Of a DNA stretch of 64,000 bases, positions 41,743 to 58,495 are shown in pieces (position 1 is the stretch's first letter; each line of letters begins with the position of its first letter). Position numbers and translations under genes: made by a program. A model generated the notes under the pieces. The model searched no databases. It was not told where the DNA came from and worked only from the letters and a program-made list of their open reading frames with translations. Source of the stretch: the human T2T-CHM13v2.0 reference genome, Homo sapiens; NCBI RefSeq assembly GCF_009914755.1, contig NC_060931.1; one strand, written 5' to 3'.

Positions 41743-42027
41743 TTTTTTGAGACGGAGTCTCGCTCTGCTGCCCAGGCTGAACTGCAGTGGTGTGATCTTG
41801 GCTCACTGCAACCTCTGCTTCCCAGAGTCAAGCAATTATCTGCCTAAGCCTCCCAAGTAGCTGGGATTACAGGCACCCATCACCATGCCCAGCTAATTTT
41901 TGTATTTTTAGTAGAGATGGGGTTTCACCATCTTGGCCAGGGTGGTCTTGAACTCCTGACCTCATGATCCATCTGCCTTGGCCTCCCAAAGTGCTGGGAT
42001 TACAGGCATGAGCCACCGCACCCGGCC
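41743..42027 (-). mobile_element. Alu (AluS-like)
   Basis: Reverse Alu consensus. Confidence 0.96.
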
Positions 42028-42299
42028 TCAAGTATATTTCTAATACATTTAGGCCCTGTGTAGATATTTGAAGACTAAAGCCAAGCACTGAGAAAAAGAA
42101 TTAAACTTGATTTTCCTAAAATCATGAAATGACTGCAATTTACAATAGAAAGATATAATTACATTATTTCATGATTTAAAGCATTTGAACACTTTTACAT
42201 TAGCTTTCTTTGAAAAAGCCTTCCAATTATCAGATTAAAAGAATTAAAAAAAAACACACAGCTGTATATAAGTACATATACCTTCATGAATGCTAAAAA

Positions 42300-44660
<2,361 letters not shown>

Positions 44661-47600
44661 TAATAAGGGAAGGGACAAGATGATCAACTAGAAACAGCTG
44701 CAGCTGGAGGCTCCCAGCAAGAATGAAAACAGTGAGCGAATCCTGTACCGGCAACCAAGATATCCAGGTTCTCTCATTGAGACTGACTAGGCAGTAGGTG
44801 CAACCAAGAGAGAGTGAGGAAAAGCAGGGTGGAGCGACGGTTCATCTGGGAGCTACATGGAGCGAGGGGAGCCCTCACTCCCAGCTATGGGAAGTGGTGA
44901 CTGATTGTGCTACCCTGCCCGGGAAACCGTGCTTTTTCCATGGATCTGTGCAACCCATGGATCAGGAGTTCCCCTGGTGAGTCAATGCCACCAAGGCCTT
45001 GGGTCTGAAGCACAGAGATGTGTAGATTCTCAGTGGCCACTCGGCTGGAGACTACTTAAGGCCACCAAGTTCTTGGGCGAAGGGGTAGCTGTCATCATCA
45101 CAGATGTCTGCTGCCTAAGGCAACTAAGCTCCCAGTGGGAGGAATGGCAGCCATCACTGCAGCTCTAGTCTGCTGTTTTGATTTGCTGGTGAAAGGGAGA
45201 CTGGGTGGATTGGATACAGGAGGAATTCCCCACAGGGCAGCACAGCAGCTCTCACAGATTGTGGCCAGACTGCTTCTTTGGTCTGGATCCTGACCCATCC
45301 CTCCACACCAGGTGGGGCTTCCCTGTCAGAAGTTCAGCAGTTCTAGCAAGAGGTTTATGAACAGAACTCTGATCTCCCTGGGATGGAGCCCCTGTGGGGA
45401 GGGGCAGCCACAGTCTCCATGAATTAGTGCACTTAGTCTTTCATCCTGCTGGCTCTGAGGAATCTGGGCAGTCTGGACTAGAGATGGATTCCTACCAGTG
45501 TGTCACCCCCTCTGCCAAGCAGCAGCCAGAGTGCTTCATTAAGCCGATCCCTTATCCTGTGACTCTTGACTGGGTGAGACCCCCAACAGGGGTTACCAGA
45601 CACTTTGTACAGGAGCTTTCCCAGTGGCAACAGGTCAGTGCCCCTCTGTGACAAAGCTCTCAGAAGAAGGAGTAGGCAGCTGTCTTTGCTGTTCTGCAGC
45701 CCCCACTGGTGACACCTCCAGGTGCGGGAGGGACCCAGGTGAATAGGTTCTGGAGTGGAACCCCAGCAAACACTACAGAAGAGGTGCCTATTAAAAGAAA
45801 AGCAAACAAACAGAAAACAACAACAGCAGCATCAACAAAAATGCCCCCACAAAATCCAAAGAATTTCCAACCCAGAATTTGATATCCAACCAAACTAAGC
45901 TTCCTAAACAAAGGAGAAATAAAATCATTTTAAGACAACAAATGCTGAGGGAATTTGTCACCACCAGGCGTGCCTTGCAAGAGCTCCTGCAGGAACCACT
46001 AAATATGGAAAGAAAAAACCATTACCAGCCATTACAAAACACACTGAAGTACAACACTGACCAATGACACTGAAGGAACTACATCAACATGTCTGCAAAA
46101 TAACCAGCTAGCATCATGACAGGATCAAATTCACATATAACATTATTAACCTTAAAAGTAAATGAGCTAAATGCCACAATTAAAAGACACAGAATGGCAA
46201 TCTGGATAAAGAGTCAAGACTCTTCTGTGTGCTGTCTTCAAGAGAGTCATTTCACATGCAAAGACACACATAAGCTCAAAATAAAAGGATGGAGAAAAAT
46301 TTACCAAGCAAATGGAAATCAGAAAAAAAGCAGGGGTTGCAATTCTAGTTTCGAATGAAACAGACTTTAAACCAACAAAATCAAAAAAGACAAAGAAGGG
46401 CACTACATAATGGTAAAAGGTTCAATTCAATAAGAAGAGCTAACTATCTTAAATTTATATTCACCCAATACAGGAGCACCCAGATTTATAAAACAAGTTC
46501 TTAGAGACCTATAAAAAGACTTAGACTCCTACACAAAAATAGCTGGAGACTTTAACAGTCCACTCTCAATGTTAGACAGATCATTGAAACAGAAAATTAA
46601 CAAAGATATTCAGGATGTGAACACAACTTTAGATCAAGCAGACCTCATAGGAATCTACAGAACACTTCACCCACAGAGAACATAGTATATATTCTTCTCA
46701 GCACCACATGGTACTTAATCTAAAATTTATCACATAAATGGAAGTAAAATATCCCTCAGCAAATGCAAAAGAACTGAAATAATAACAGTCTCTCAGACCA
46801 CAGCACAGTCAAATTCAAACTCAAGATTCAGAAAGTCACTCAAAACCATACAACTATATGGAAATTGAACAACCTGCCCCTGAATGACTCCTGGGTAAAT
46901 AATGAAATTAAAGCAGAAATCAAAACTTTCTTTGAAACCAGTGAGAACAAAAAGACAAGATACATGCCAGAATCTCTGGGATGCAGCTAAAGCAGTGTTA
47001 AGAGACACATTTACACCACTAAATGCCCACATGGAAAAGATAGAAAGGTCTCAAATCAACACTCTAACAACACAATTAAAAGAGCTAGAGAAGCAAGAGG
47101 AAACAAACCCCAAAGTTAGCAGAAGACAAGAAATAACCAAGATCATAGCTGAACTTAAGGAGATCCAGACATGAAAACCCCTTCAAAAAATCAACAAACC
47201 CAAGAGTAGTTTTTTTTGAAAAAAATAAATAAATAAAACAAGTAAACCACTAGCTATATTAATAAAGAAGAAAAGAGAGAAGAATCAAATAGACACAATA
47301 AAATTGATAAAGGGGATATCACCACTGACTCCACAGAAACACAAACAACCATCAGAGAATATTATAAATGCCTCTATGCAAATAAAGTAAAATCTAGAAG
47401 AAATGGATAAATTCCTGGACACATACATCCTTCCAAGACTGAACCAGGAAGAAATTGAATCCCAGAATAGAACAATAACAAGTTCTGAAGAGGGAGCAGT
47501 AATAAACAACATACCAACCAAAAGGAGCCCAGGACCAGATAGATTTACAGCTGAATTCTACCAGAGGTACAAAGAGGAGCTGGAACCATTTCTTCTAAAA

Positions 47601-47682
47601 TGATTCCAAACAAATTAAAAGGAGAAACTCCTTCCTAACTAATTTTATGAGGCAAGCATCATCCTGATAGCAAAACCTAGCA

Positions 47683-48045
47683 GAGAGAGAGAGAGAAGGA
47701 AAGAAGGAAGGAAGGAAGGAAGGAAGGAAGGAAGGAAGGAAGGAAGGAAGGAAGGAAGGAAGGGAGGAAGGAGAAAGAAAAAGAAAGAGAGGGAGGAAGA
47801 GAGAGAGAAAGAGGAAGAGAGAGAGAGACAGAAGGAAGGAAGGAAGGAAAAGAAATGGAAAGGAAAGGAGAGGAGAAGAGAGAAGAAAAGAAAAGAGAAA
47901 AGAAAAGAAGGAGGGAGGGAGGGAGGAAGGATGGAAGGAAAGAAGGAAGAAAGGAAGGAGAGAAGAGAGGAGAGGAGAGAAGAGAAGAGAATAGAAGAGA
48001 AGAGAAGAAAAGAGAAGAGAAGAGAAGAAAAGAGAAGGGAAGAGA
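47683..48045. repeat. ~360-bp polypurine (GGAA/GA/GAGAA) expansion inside L1 ORF2
   Basis: Almost purely A/G; interrupts aaacctagcagaga...agaaacttcaggc. Confidence 0.95.
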
Positions 48046-50251
48046 AACTTCAGGCTAGTATCCCTGATGAAGACTGATGCAAAAATCCTCAATTAAATAC
48101 TGGCAAACTGAATCCAGCAGCACATTGAAAAGCTTATCCACCATGATCAAGTCAGCTTTATCCCTGGGAACCAAGGCTGGTTCAACATACTCAAACAAAT
48201 AAATGTATTTCATTACATAAACAGAACTAATAGATGTAGAAAAAGGCTTTGATAATATTAAACATCCCTTCATGCTGAAAACTCTCAGTAAACTAAGTAT
48301 TGACAGAACATACCTCAAAATAACAAGAGCCATTTATGATACACCTACAGCCAACATCATACTGAATGGACAAAAGCTGGAAGCATTCCCCTTGAAAACT
48401 GGCACAAGACAAAAATGCCCTCTCTCACCACTCCTATTCAATATAGTATTGGAAGTTCTGGTCAGGGCAATCAGGCAAAATAAAGAAATAAAGCATATTC
48501 AGCTAGAAAGAGAGGAAATCAAACTGTCTTTGTTTGCAGATGACAGGATCCTATATCTAGAAAACTCCACTGTCACAGCTCTAAAACATCTTAAGCTGAT
48601 GAGCAACTTCAGCAAAGTCTCAGGACACAAAAACAATGTGTGAAAATCACAAGCATTTCTACACACCAACAATAGAAAAGCAGAGGACCAAATCATGAAT
48701 GAACTCCCACTTACGATTGCTACAGAGAGAATAAAATATCTAGGAAGAGAGCTTACAAGGAATGTGAACGACATCTTCAAGGAGAACCCATAATGACTTC
48801 TCAAGGAAATAAGAGAGAACACAAAAAAATAAAAAACTATTCCATGCTCATGGATAGGAATAATCAATATCGTGAAAATGGCCACACTGCCCAAAGAAAT
48901 TTAAAGATTCATTGTTGTTCCAATTAAACTACCATTGATATTCTTCACAGAATTAGAAAAAACTTCTTCAAAATTCATATGAAACAAACAAAAAAAGCGC
49001 ATATAGCCTACACAATCCAAAGGAAAAAGAAGAAAGCTGGAGGCATCATGCTACCCGACTTCAAACTATACTACAAGGCTACAGTAACCAAAATAGCATG
49101 GTGCTAGTACTAAAACAGACACATAGACCAGTGAAACAGAATAGAGAACTCAGAAACAAGACCACACACCTACAAAACAATCTGATTTTCTACCAACCTG
49201 ACAAAAACAAGCAATGGGGAAAGGATTCTCTATTTAATAAATGGTGCTGGGATAACAGGCTACCCATATGCAGGAAATTTGAACTGGACCCCTTCTTTAC
49301 ACATTATACAAAACTAAACTCAAGTTTTTAAAGACTTAAATGTAAAATCCAAAACTACAGAAACCCTAGAAGAAAATCTAGGCAATATCATTCAGGACAT
49401 GGGCACAGGCAAAGATTTCATGACAAAAACCTCAAAACTGATTGCAACAAAAGCACAAATTGGCAACTGGGATCTAATTAAGCCAAAGAACTTCTGCACA
49501 GCAAAAGAAAATATCATCAGAGTGAACAGACAACCTATAGAATGAGAGAAAATTTTTGCAATCTATTCATCTGACAAGGGGTTAATTTCCAGAGTCTACA
49601 AGGAGCTTAAACAAACTTACCAGAAAAAGACAACCCCATTAAAAAGTGAGCAAAGGACATGAACAGGCACTTCTTAAAAGAAGACATTTATGCGGCCAAA
49701 AAACCTGAAAAAATCTCAACATTATTGATCATTATCAAAAGCACAGTGAAATACCATCTCAGGCCAGTCAGAATGGTGATTATTAAAAAGTCAAGAAACA
49801 GCAGATGCCAGCAATGCTGTGGAGAAATAGACACACTTCTACACTGTTGGTGGGAATATAAATTAGATCCATCATTGTGAAAGACAGTATGGCAATTCCT
49901 CAAAGATCTAGAACCAGAAATACCATTTGACTCAGCAACCCCATTACTTGAAATATATACACAAGGGAATATAAATCATTCTATGATAAAGATACATGAA
50001 TGCATTTGTTCATTGCAGCCCTATGCATAATAGCAAAGATATGGAATCAACCCAAATCCCCATCTATGACAGACTGGATTTAAAAAATGTGGTGCATATA
50101 TGCCATGAAATACTATGCAACCATAAAAAGGAATGAGATCATGTCCTTTGCAGGGACATGGATGGAGCTGGAAGCCATTATCCTCAGCAAACTAATGTAG
50201 GAACAGAAAACGAAACACTGCATGTTCTCACTTAGAAGTGGGAGCTGAACA

Positions 50252-50486
50252 TTAGGAAAAATAGCTAATGCATGCTGGGCTTAATACCTAGGTGACAGGT
50301 TGATTGGTGCAGCAAACCACCACGGCCCATGTTTCCTATGTAACAAACCTGCACATCCTGCACATGTACACCAGAACTAAAAATAAAATAAAATAAAATA
50401 AAAAAGAATACAGGAATTCCTCAGAGATACTGCAGGTTTGGTATCAGACCACCACAATAAAGCAAATATCACAATAAAAAAATAAT
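50252..50486 (+). mobile_element. Nested short L1 3' end with a transduced Tigger1-like terminus
   Basis: TSD aagtgggag(c/g)tgaaca at 50236-50251 and 50487-50502; L1 tail, A-run, Tigger1-like cagg...cctcagagatactgcaggtttgg...aataaagc, second A-run. Confidence 0.8.
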
Positions 50487-51368
50487 AAGTGGGAGGTGAA
50501 CAATGAAAACACATGGACACAGGGAGGGATACAACACTCACTGAGGCGTTTTGGTGTAGATTGTTGGGGAAAGAGAGCGTCAGGATAAATAGCTAATGCA
50601 TGCTGGGTTTAATACCTAGGTGATGGGTTGACAGGAGCAGCAAACCACCATGGCACACGTGTACCTATGTAACAAACCTGCACATCCTGCACATGTATCC
50701 TGGAACTTAAATTAAATTAAATTAAATTTAAAAAAGAAATTCAAATAATAAATTGAGATGTTTCAGTTTTGTTTCAAGTGGCATTCCATCAGGAAAAAAA
50801 CATTAGAAATAAAAGTAATACAAAAATCAATTGATAATTATTGAATTATTGAAAGTAATTTAAATTCAATTGAATAATTGAAAGTACAAAATAATTAATG
50901 AAAGCTTCGGTTTTTCAAAGTGGAATAGTATAAACCTTCTATCATAAGCTAATTGAAGTAAAACTAGCATAGTGATATTTTGGAGAAATTGTGGAACTTC
51001 AAATATAAAGACACTGTCATAACAGGAGAAAATACATAGATTAAGTGTAATGACCATCATGCTATCAGCAAATATTACAGTAATACAGACCATTTACAAA
51101 AAGTGTATTATTTATACATTTTATAACATGCTTGTCTGTAAATGAGCCTAGAAATAAATTTAAAAAATTTAAAACCTATGTTGTCAGAAAAATAAAGAAA
51201 CAATGCTAAAGTCAGAGTTTAAAAAAATGCCAAGATGGATGTTTTGAGTTGGATAATTAAAGCATATGAATGCTATGGTCATTAATTTAGAAAGATACAA
51301 TTAAAAAATAGATGTACATACTGATTTTGAAATATTTAAGCACACATATTAAAAATTCAAGAGTGATC

Positions 51369-51800
<432 letters not shown>

Positions 51801-54439
51801 TCAATCAGACTTTAGAAATAATTATTAATAGCTCATTACCTAAAATATGAGTAAATATTAAAATACATCAAATAGCAGAAATAAAAACTGAATTTGAAAA
51901 CTAACATTTATCAAAATCAAAACACACAGAGACACACTCATGTGCATACATATTTGCAATAGTATTAGATCACAGAGGAAATCTCAAAAATTTTAGATAA
52001 TAGGAATTATATAGAATAGGTTATTTTATTACAGTGGTATCAAATTTGAGTCAATATGAAAGTATCAAAAATCAATAAATAAAGTTTATTGGGCTTAAAT
52101 TTTACTCTTAATTAACTCAGGATATGAAAAAGAAGACACAATTGGAAACATAAAATGTTCAGAACTACTTACTTAAATCTACAGGGTACATATATATTGC
52201 ATTAAAAATAAAACAAAATAGGTAAGGTATCTAAGAAAATAAATACACATTTAAATTCTGTGGCCCTACTATCAACAAGATATACCTATTATTTATAGAA
52301 TAAAATAAATAATAAAAATATAAATGATAATTAATAAAACCAGAAAGGAATTAAATAAGGAGAATTTTAACTCACATTTGGTGCATTAGAAAAAATTTTA
52401 CAAACTTATGAAATATACAAACCTGCAGCAAAATAAACCACAAAACCCAGAGAAAATATATTACAATAGATAATTAATGAAAATAGTTTAAAAGTTGATA
52501 AAACTACAGATATAAACAATAATATAGAAAGGCTTAAAGTACTATAAGCAAATAAATGAAATAAATGTTAAAATGTAGTAAACATCTTTTTTTCTAAAAA
52601 AATTAACAAAATTATAGGAAAGTTAGAAAAAATAAAATTTAATATATAGAATAAGTAAGATAATAATAATTAAGGACATTATTTGAATGAAATGCAGCAA
52701 ATATTTACATACAGGCAGAAAACATTTGAAGGAAAATATTACAGTGTCATTAATAAGGAGATAATGCTTACTCTTTTTGATACTTTTGAAACAATTGTAA
52801 AGGATGAACAGTTATTTAAATCAAAACATTCTAGGAAACTGATCTAACCTTAGTCACAAAATAAGACAACAACAGCAAGAATGAAAGTCAGAAAGACGGC
52901 AGAAGCAGCACCAGGCCACAGCCTGCATCTGTAAACTGACTTAACAACAATATATGGATCAAGTTGCCTTTCTGAGAATTCCATAAGCCAATTAAAAAAT
53001 TGTAGCACATAAATGAGGTCAAAGTCAAGAAGACTTACACCAAAGCAGGGATTTGCTTATTTTAGATCCAAGCCCTATCTGCCATCTTACTCAAAAATTT
53101 ACAGAACTACCAGCAACCAGCTCTTCCCTCAATTGGAAAGAGAAGAATGGGCTGTTTTCTGGCTTTTTGGGAAGATGCTTAAGGGAGTAGTCTCTGTCTA
53201 GCCTGACTCAGAACACTGATTGGAAAGGCAGCATAGGATAGATGCCAGGTTAGGAGCTGCAAAGAAAAAATTATTGTGTGAATTACAGTCCAAGGGAGAC
53301 TGAAGTAGTACATACAGATACAATGAAAAGTAAGAGAGTATAGGCTCTTGAGAAGAAAACAGTCAAGCCTCTGTCACAGGAAAATTACACATGCAAGGCC
53401 AGAGATGATGCATCTCCAGGGAAGGGCTGAGAAACTAAGCTAGCCTGATTGGTGTAAGTGCTCTCCTGTACAAACCCATTTCAGAAGACTGGAAAGAGGT
53501 TTTTTTCATATACTTAAATACCAAGAGAAGATTACATGGTATACAAAAAAAAAAAAAGAAAGAAAGAAAGAAAAAAATATGGCTTAATCAAAGGGTAAAA
53601 CAATGAGTTTCCAAAAACTGACCTTAAAGAAATGAACTATGATTACCTAACAAAAACTCAAACTAAGAAATTATTTTTTATAGTACAAGAATACTATATC
53701 CACAGAAAGTGTCCTTCAAAAATGAAGAAAAGTTTAAGACTTTCACAGATAAATAAAGGCTGAGACATTTTACCACTGCTAGGTCTGCCCAACAAGAAAT
53801 TCTAAGGGAGTTCTTTGAGTTGAAATGAAAGGAAGCTAGAGAGCAGCTCAAACCATATGAAAATATAAAACTCCTTTCTAAAGATAAATATATGGACAAA
53901 TAAATAATCTGGTAATATCATAATATGGGTGCATAGATCACTTTAAATTCTGTATAGAATTTAAAGCATAAAATAATTATAAATCTGTGTTAATGAATTA
54001 ATATTAAAAGATTTAATTGGGAATATTAATAACATAAATGGGGTGTGTTATCAGTTAAAAATAGACTGTTACATAACCTTATATTGTTTATGTAATCCCT
54101 ATGGTAACCACAAATAAAATTCCTATGGAAGATACATAAAAGTTGAATAAACAATCAAAACAGTTCACTCACAAAAAATCAATGAAACATAAAGAAAGGC
54201 AGTAAGATAGTGAAAAAAGGACAACATAACTACGAGACACACAAATCAATTAATAAAATGCCAAACAAATTTTTTAAAAGAACCTACCATGTTAAAGAAA
54301 AAAAAAATTTCCACATTATTTTCTAACTATTGCTCCATTGTTCCATTTCATTCTTGCCTTTACAGCAGTTTTTTCAAAAGGGGTTTCTCTAGTCACTTTC
54401 TCTACTTGTTTACCTTTCTAAATTCATCTTAACTTTTAA

Positions 54440-54960
54440 CTAAACCCAGACAAGTATTTATGAAGTATGCATAAACTATAGAGACTGAAGAAACAGACAC
54501 CATCTACCCACTATTACCATTAATTTTGAGCATTCCCATTAATGTTAAAATTCCCTGTATGCCACTCCTAGATCCAGTTCACTTCTTTCTCCTTTAGAGA
54601 TAATCACCATCCTGAATTTCTTTACGGTTTCCCATGTTTATATTCCCAATAAGCATATCTCAATATACATTTCATTTTAAATGAGTGAAGTTATACTGTA
54701 TCTGTTACTGACTTGCTCATCTTGCTCAACATTATGTTTCTGAGATTCATCCATATATAAATACTACGTAGCTGTACTTCATTCATTTTCACTGCTGTAT
54801 TCCACTGTATGGGTATATCAAAGATTTTCCATTTTATTGTTGATGAACATTTGGGTTGTATCTAAATTTTTGCTACCTTAAACTGCACAGCTATGTGCAT
54901 TCTTGTTTTGTCTCCTTCTGTCAAACTATAGTAAAGGACCAAGCTTTTGGGATTTTCCCT
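54440..54960 (-). mobile_element. L1ME/MC-like 3' UTR fragment
   Basis: cttgctcaacattatgtttctgagattcatccat...gatgaacatttgggttg. Confidence 0.7.
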
Positions 54961-55373
54961 AATGTGTTGTGGATTGATGTTTTTGTAAAATACACTAAAA
55001 ATGCCTCATCATTGTCAAATTGCTATAAAAATATATAAACCTTTACTCTAAAAAGATGTCAACAGCAAGTCATTCACTATCAGCAATTACTTTAAATGTA
55101 AATGGATTAAACATTCTAATAAAAAACAGGTTAGCTGAATTGGTAAAAAAACAAAATACAACTATGTGCTCTCTGAAAAAGACTAAGTTTTGATTTAAGA
55201 GTGCATATAGGGTGAAAGTGAAAAAATATAAAAAACTGTCCATGCAAATGGTAACCAAAAGAAAGCAGAGGTGACTATACTAATATCAAAGAATATTGAC
55301 TTTGAGCCAAAACTGTCATGAGAGAGAAAAAAGACATTATATAATAATAAAAAAATCAATTTGACTGGAAGAT

Positions 55374-58012
55374 TGATATAGTTTACATATTTGTTCCCAC
55401 CTAAATCTCTTGTTGAAATGTAATCCCCAGTGTTGGAGGTGGAGCCTGGATTCACCTTTGAATCATGGGAATTGATTCCTCATGGGTGGCTTGGGCCATC
55501 GTCTTGGTTGTAAGTGAGCTCTCACTCCGAGTTCACATGAGATCTGGTTGTTTAAAGTATGTGGCACCTCTCATTCCACTCTCTCTCTCTCATTCCTGCT
55601 TTCAACATGTGACATACAAGCTCCTTCTTCATGTTCCACCATGAGTAAGAGCTCCCTGAGGCATCCTCAGAAGCCTAGGGATGTTAGTACTATGTTTCCT
55701 ATACCGCCTTCAGAACCATGAACTAATTAAACCTTTTCTCTTCATAAATTATCCAGTCTCAGGTATTTCATTACAGCAATGCAGGAATGGCCTAACACAG
55801 AAAATTGGTACCAAGAGTGGGGTATTGTTATAAAGATACCTGACAATTTAAAAGCAGCATTGGAACTGGGTAGAGATTGGAAGTGTTTGGAGGGCTCAGA
55901 AGACAGGAAGATGTGGGAAATTTTGGAACTTTTCAGAGACTGGCTATATGGGTTGTGACCAAAATGCTGACAAGGATATGAAATGAAGTCCAGGCTGCTG
56001 TGGTCTCAGGTGGAAATGGGGAACTTATTGGGAACTGGAGCAAACCTCATGTATGTTATGTCTTAGCAAAGAGCTTGGCTTCATTCTCTTCATGCCCTAG
56101 ATATCTGTGGAAGTTGGAACTTAAGAGTGATGGTTTAGGGTATGTGGCAGAAGAAATGTCTAAACAGCAAAATTGAAGATGTAGCCTGGCTGCTTCTTAC
56201 AACCTGTGCTAAGATGTGGAAGCAACAAAATGACTTAACAGTGGAACTTAATTTAAAAGGGTAGAACATAAACATTTGAAACATTTGCAGCCTGGCCATG
56301 TGGCAGAGAAAGACAACACATTTTCAGGAGAGGCTGTAGACCAACCACTTGTTAGAGAAATTTGCATAACTAAAAAGGAGACAAGTGCTGATTGCCAAAG
56401 CAATGGGCAAAAGGCCTCAAAGGTATTTCAGAGACCTTCATGGCAGTTCGTATCATCCCTGACCTAGAGGTACATGAGGGAAGAATGATTTCCTGAGCCA
56501 GGACAAGCCAAGGACCCTGCTGACCTGCCCAGTGTCAGAACACTGCTCCCCGTATCCCAGCCACTAAGGCTCCAGCCTTGGCTCTATAGGCCCCATATAA
56601 CACTTATGCAGCTGCTCCAGAGAGCACAAGCTACCATAAGCACTGGTGTTTTCCACAAGATATTAAGCCTGTGGACACACAGATTGCAAGAGTAAATGAG
56701 GCTTGGCATCATCCACCTATATTTCATAGGATGTGTGGAAAAACCCAGGTGCTCAGGCAGAAGCCTGATGGGTAGAACCCTCACAGAGAACTTCTACTAG
56801 GGCAATGTCAAGGGGAAATGTGGGGTTGGAGCACCCGCACAGAGTCCCCAGTGGGGCACTGAATAGTGGAGTTCTGCAAAGGAGGCCACAATTCTCCAGA
56901 CAGTAGAATGATGGATCCAATGGCAGCTTGCGCTCTGCACCTGGAAAAGCTGCAGGCACTCAACGCCAACCCATGAGAGCAGCCATGGGGTCTGAATCTT
57001 GCAAAGCCATAGAAGCACAGCTGTCAAGGCCTGAGGCGTCTACCCCTCACAGCAGTGTGCCCTGGATGTAAGGCATAGAGTCAAAGGAAATTATTTTGGA
57101 GCTTTCAGACTTAATGACTGCCCTGCTGGGTCTGAACCCTGCAAAGCCATAGAGGCACAGCTGCCTAAGGCCTAGGGAGTCTACCCCTCACAGCAGTGTG
57201 CTCTCTAGGTAAGAGTTAGAGTCAAAGGAGATTATTTTGGAGCTTTAAGACCTAATGACTCCCTGTTGGGTTTCAAAACTTGATGACTGCCCTGTTTGGT
57301 TGCATGGAGCCTGTAGTCCCTTTCTTTTGGTCAATTTTCTCCCTTTCAGAATGGGAATGTTTACCCAATGCCTATACCTACATTGTACCTTGGAAGTAAC
57401 TAACTTGTTTTGATTTTACAGGCTCAGAGGTGAAAGAGACTTGCCTTGTCTCAAATGAGACTTTGGACTTTGGACTTTTGAGTTAATGCTGGAATAAGTT
57501 AAGACTTTGGGTGACTCTTAGGAAGGCATGATTATGTTTTGCAGTGAGAAAGGCATGCAATTTGGGAGAAGCCAGGGACAGAATTACATAGTATAGATAT
57601 ATGTCTCTACACAAATCTCACGTTGAATTTTAATCCCCAATGCTGGAGGAGAGGACTGGTGGGAGGTGTTTCGATCATAGGGGTGGAGCCCTCATTAATG
57701 GCTTGGGCCATCCCCTTGGTGATGAATGAGCTTTCACTCTGAATTCACACAAGATCTGATCATTTAAGTGTGTGGCACCAACCCTTCACTCTTTCCCTCA
57801 TTTGCTCCTGCTTTCATTGTGTGAAGTACCTGTAACCACTTCACCTTACACCACAACTGAAAACTCCCCAAGGCTTCACCAGAAGTGGAGCAGATGCCAG
57901 CACCATGCTTTCTGTAAAGCCTACAGAACCATGAACCAATTAAACCTCTATCCTTTATAATTTATCCAGTCTCAGGTATTTCTTTATAGCAGTACAGGAA
58001 TGAATTAATACA
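55374..58012 (+). mobile_element. Complete MST-type MaLR element: LTR 55374-55799, internal region, LTR 57584-58012
   Basis: Two homologous LTRs; internal region begins gaaaattggtacc; TSD aagat/cagat. Confidence 0.92.
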
Positions 58013-58495
58013 CAGATATAGTGAATTTAAAAATATATGCCCATCACAGCTTCAAATTATACAAAGAAAACTGACTGAATTGAAGGTAAAAATAGAAAGA
58101 AATAGAATGATACTAGGAAACTTTAATACTCCACTTTAAATAATGACTAGAACAACCAAACAGAAGAGAGAACTTAAACGCTATAAACCATTTGGACTTA
58201 ACAGGTCACTAAAGAACACTTACCCCAACAAAAGCTGTTTAAATGCACAAGTAATATTCCACAAGACAGAGTATAGATTAGCTCATAAAACAATTCTAAA
58301 CAATTGTAAAAAGGCTGAATTCAAACAAAGTATCTTTTCCAACCAAAATGTGGTAAAACTAGAGATCAACAGCATAAGAAAAACTTGTAAAATCAATGAA
58401 TGTGTGGAAATTGGACAACATACTCTCAAATAACAAATTAATCAAAAATTAATCACAAAAAAATTAGAAAAGATTTTGAGACAAAGAAAAAACTA

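Larger units (their letters stand above)
44667..50733 (+). mobile_element. Full-length older L1PA (about PA11-PA15), most of ORF1 missing, ORF2 disrupted
   Basis: 5' UTR; ORF2 start MTGSNSHITLLTL at 46116; RT motif LSLFADD; 3' UTR; perfect 18-bp TSD aagaaattcaaataataa at 44649-44666 and 50734-50751. Confidence 0.95.

Noticed and set aside
47595-48092. Low-complexity F/L/S- and K/E/R-rich ORFs (also 61636-62071, 36272-36532, 41573-41860)
   Set aside because: Translations of microsatellites
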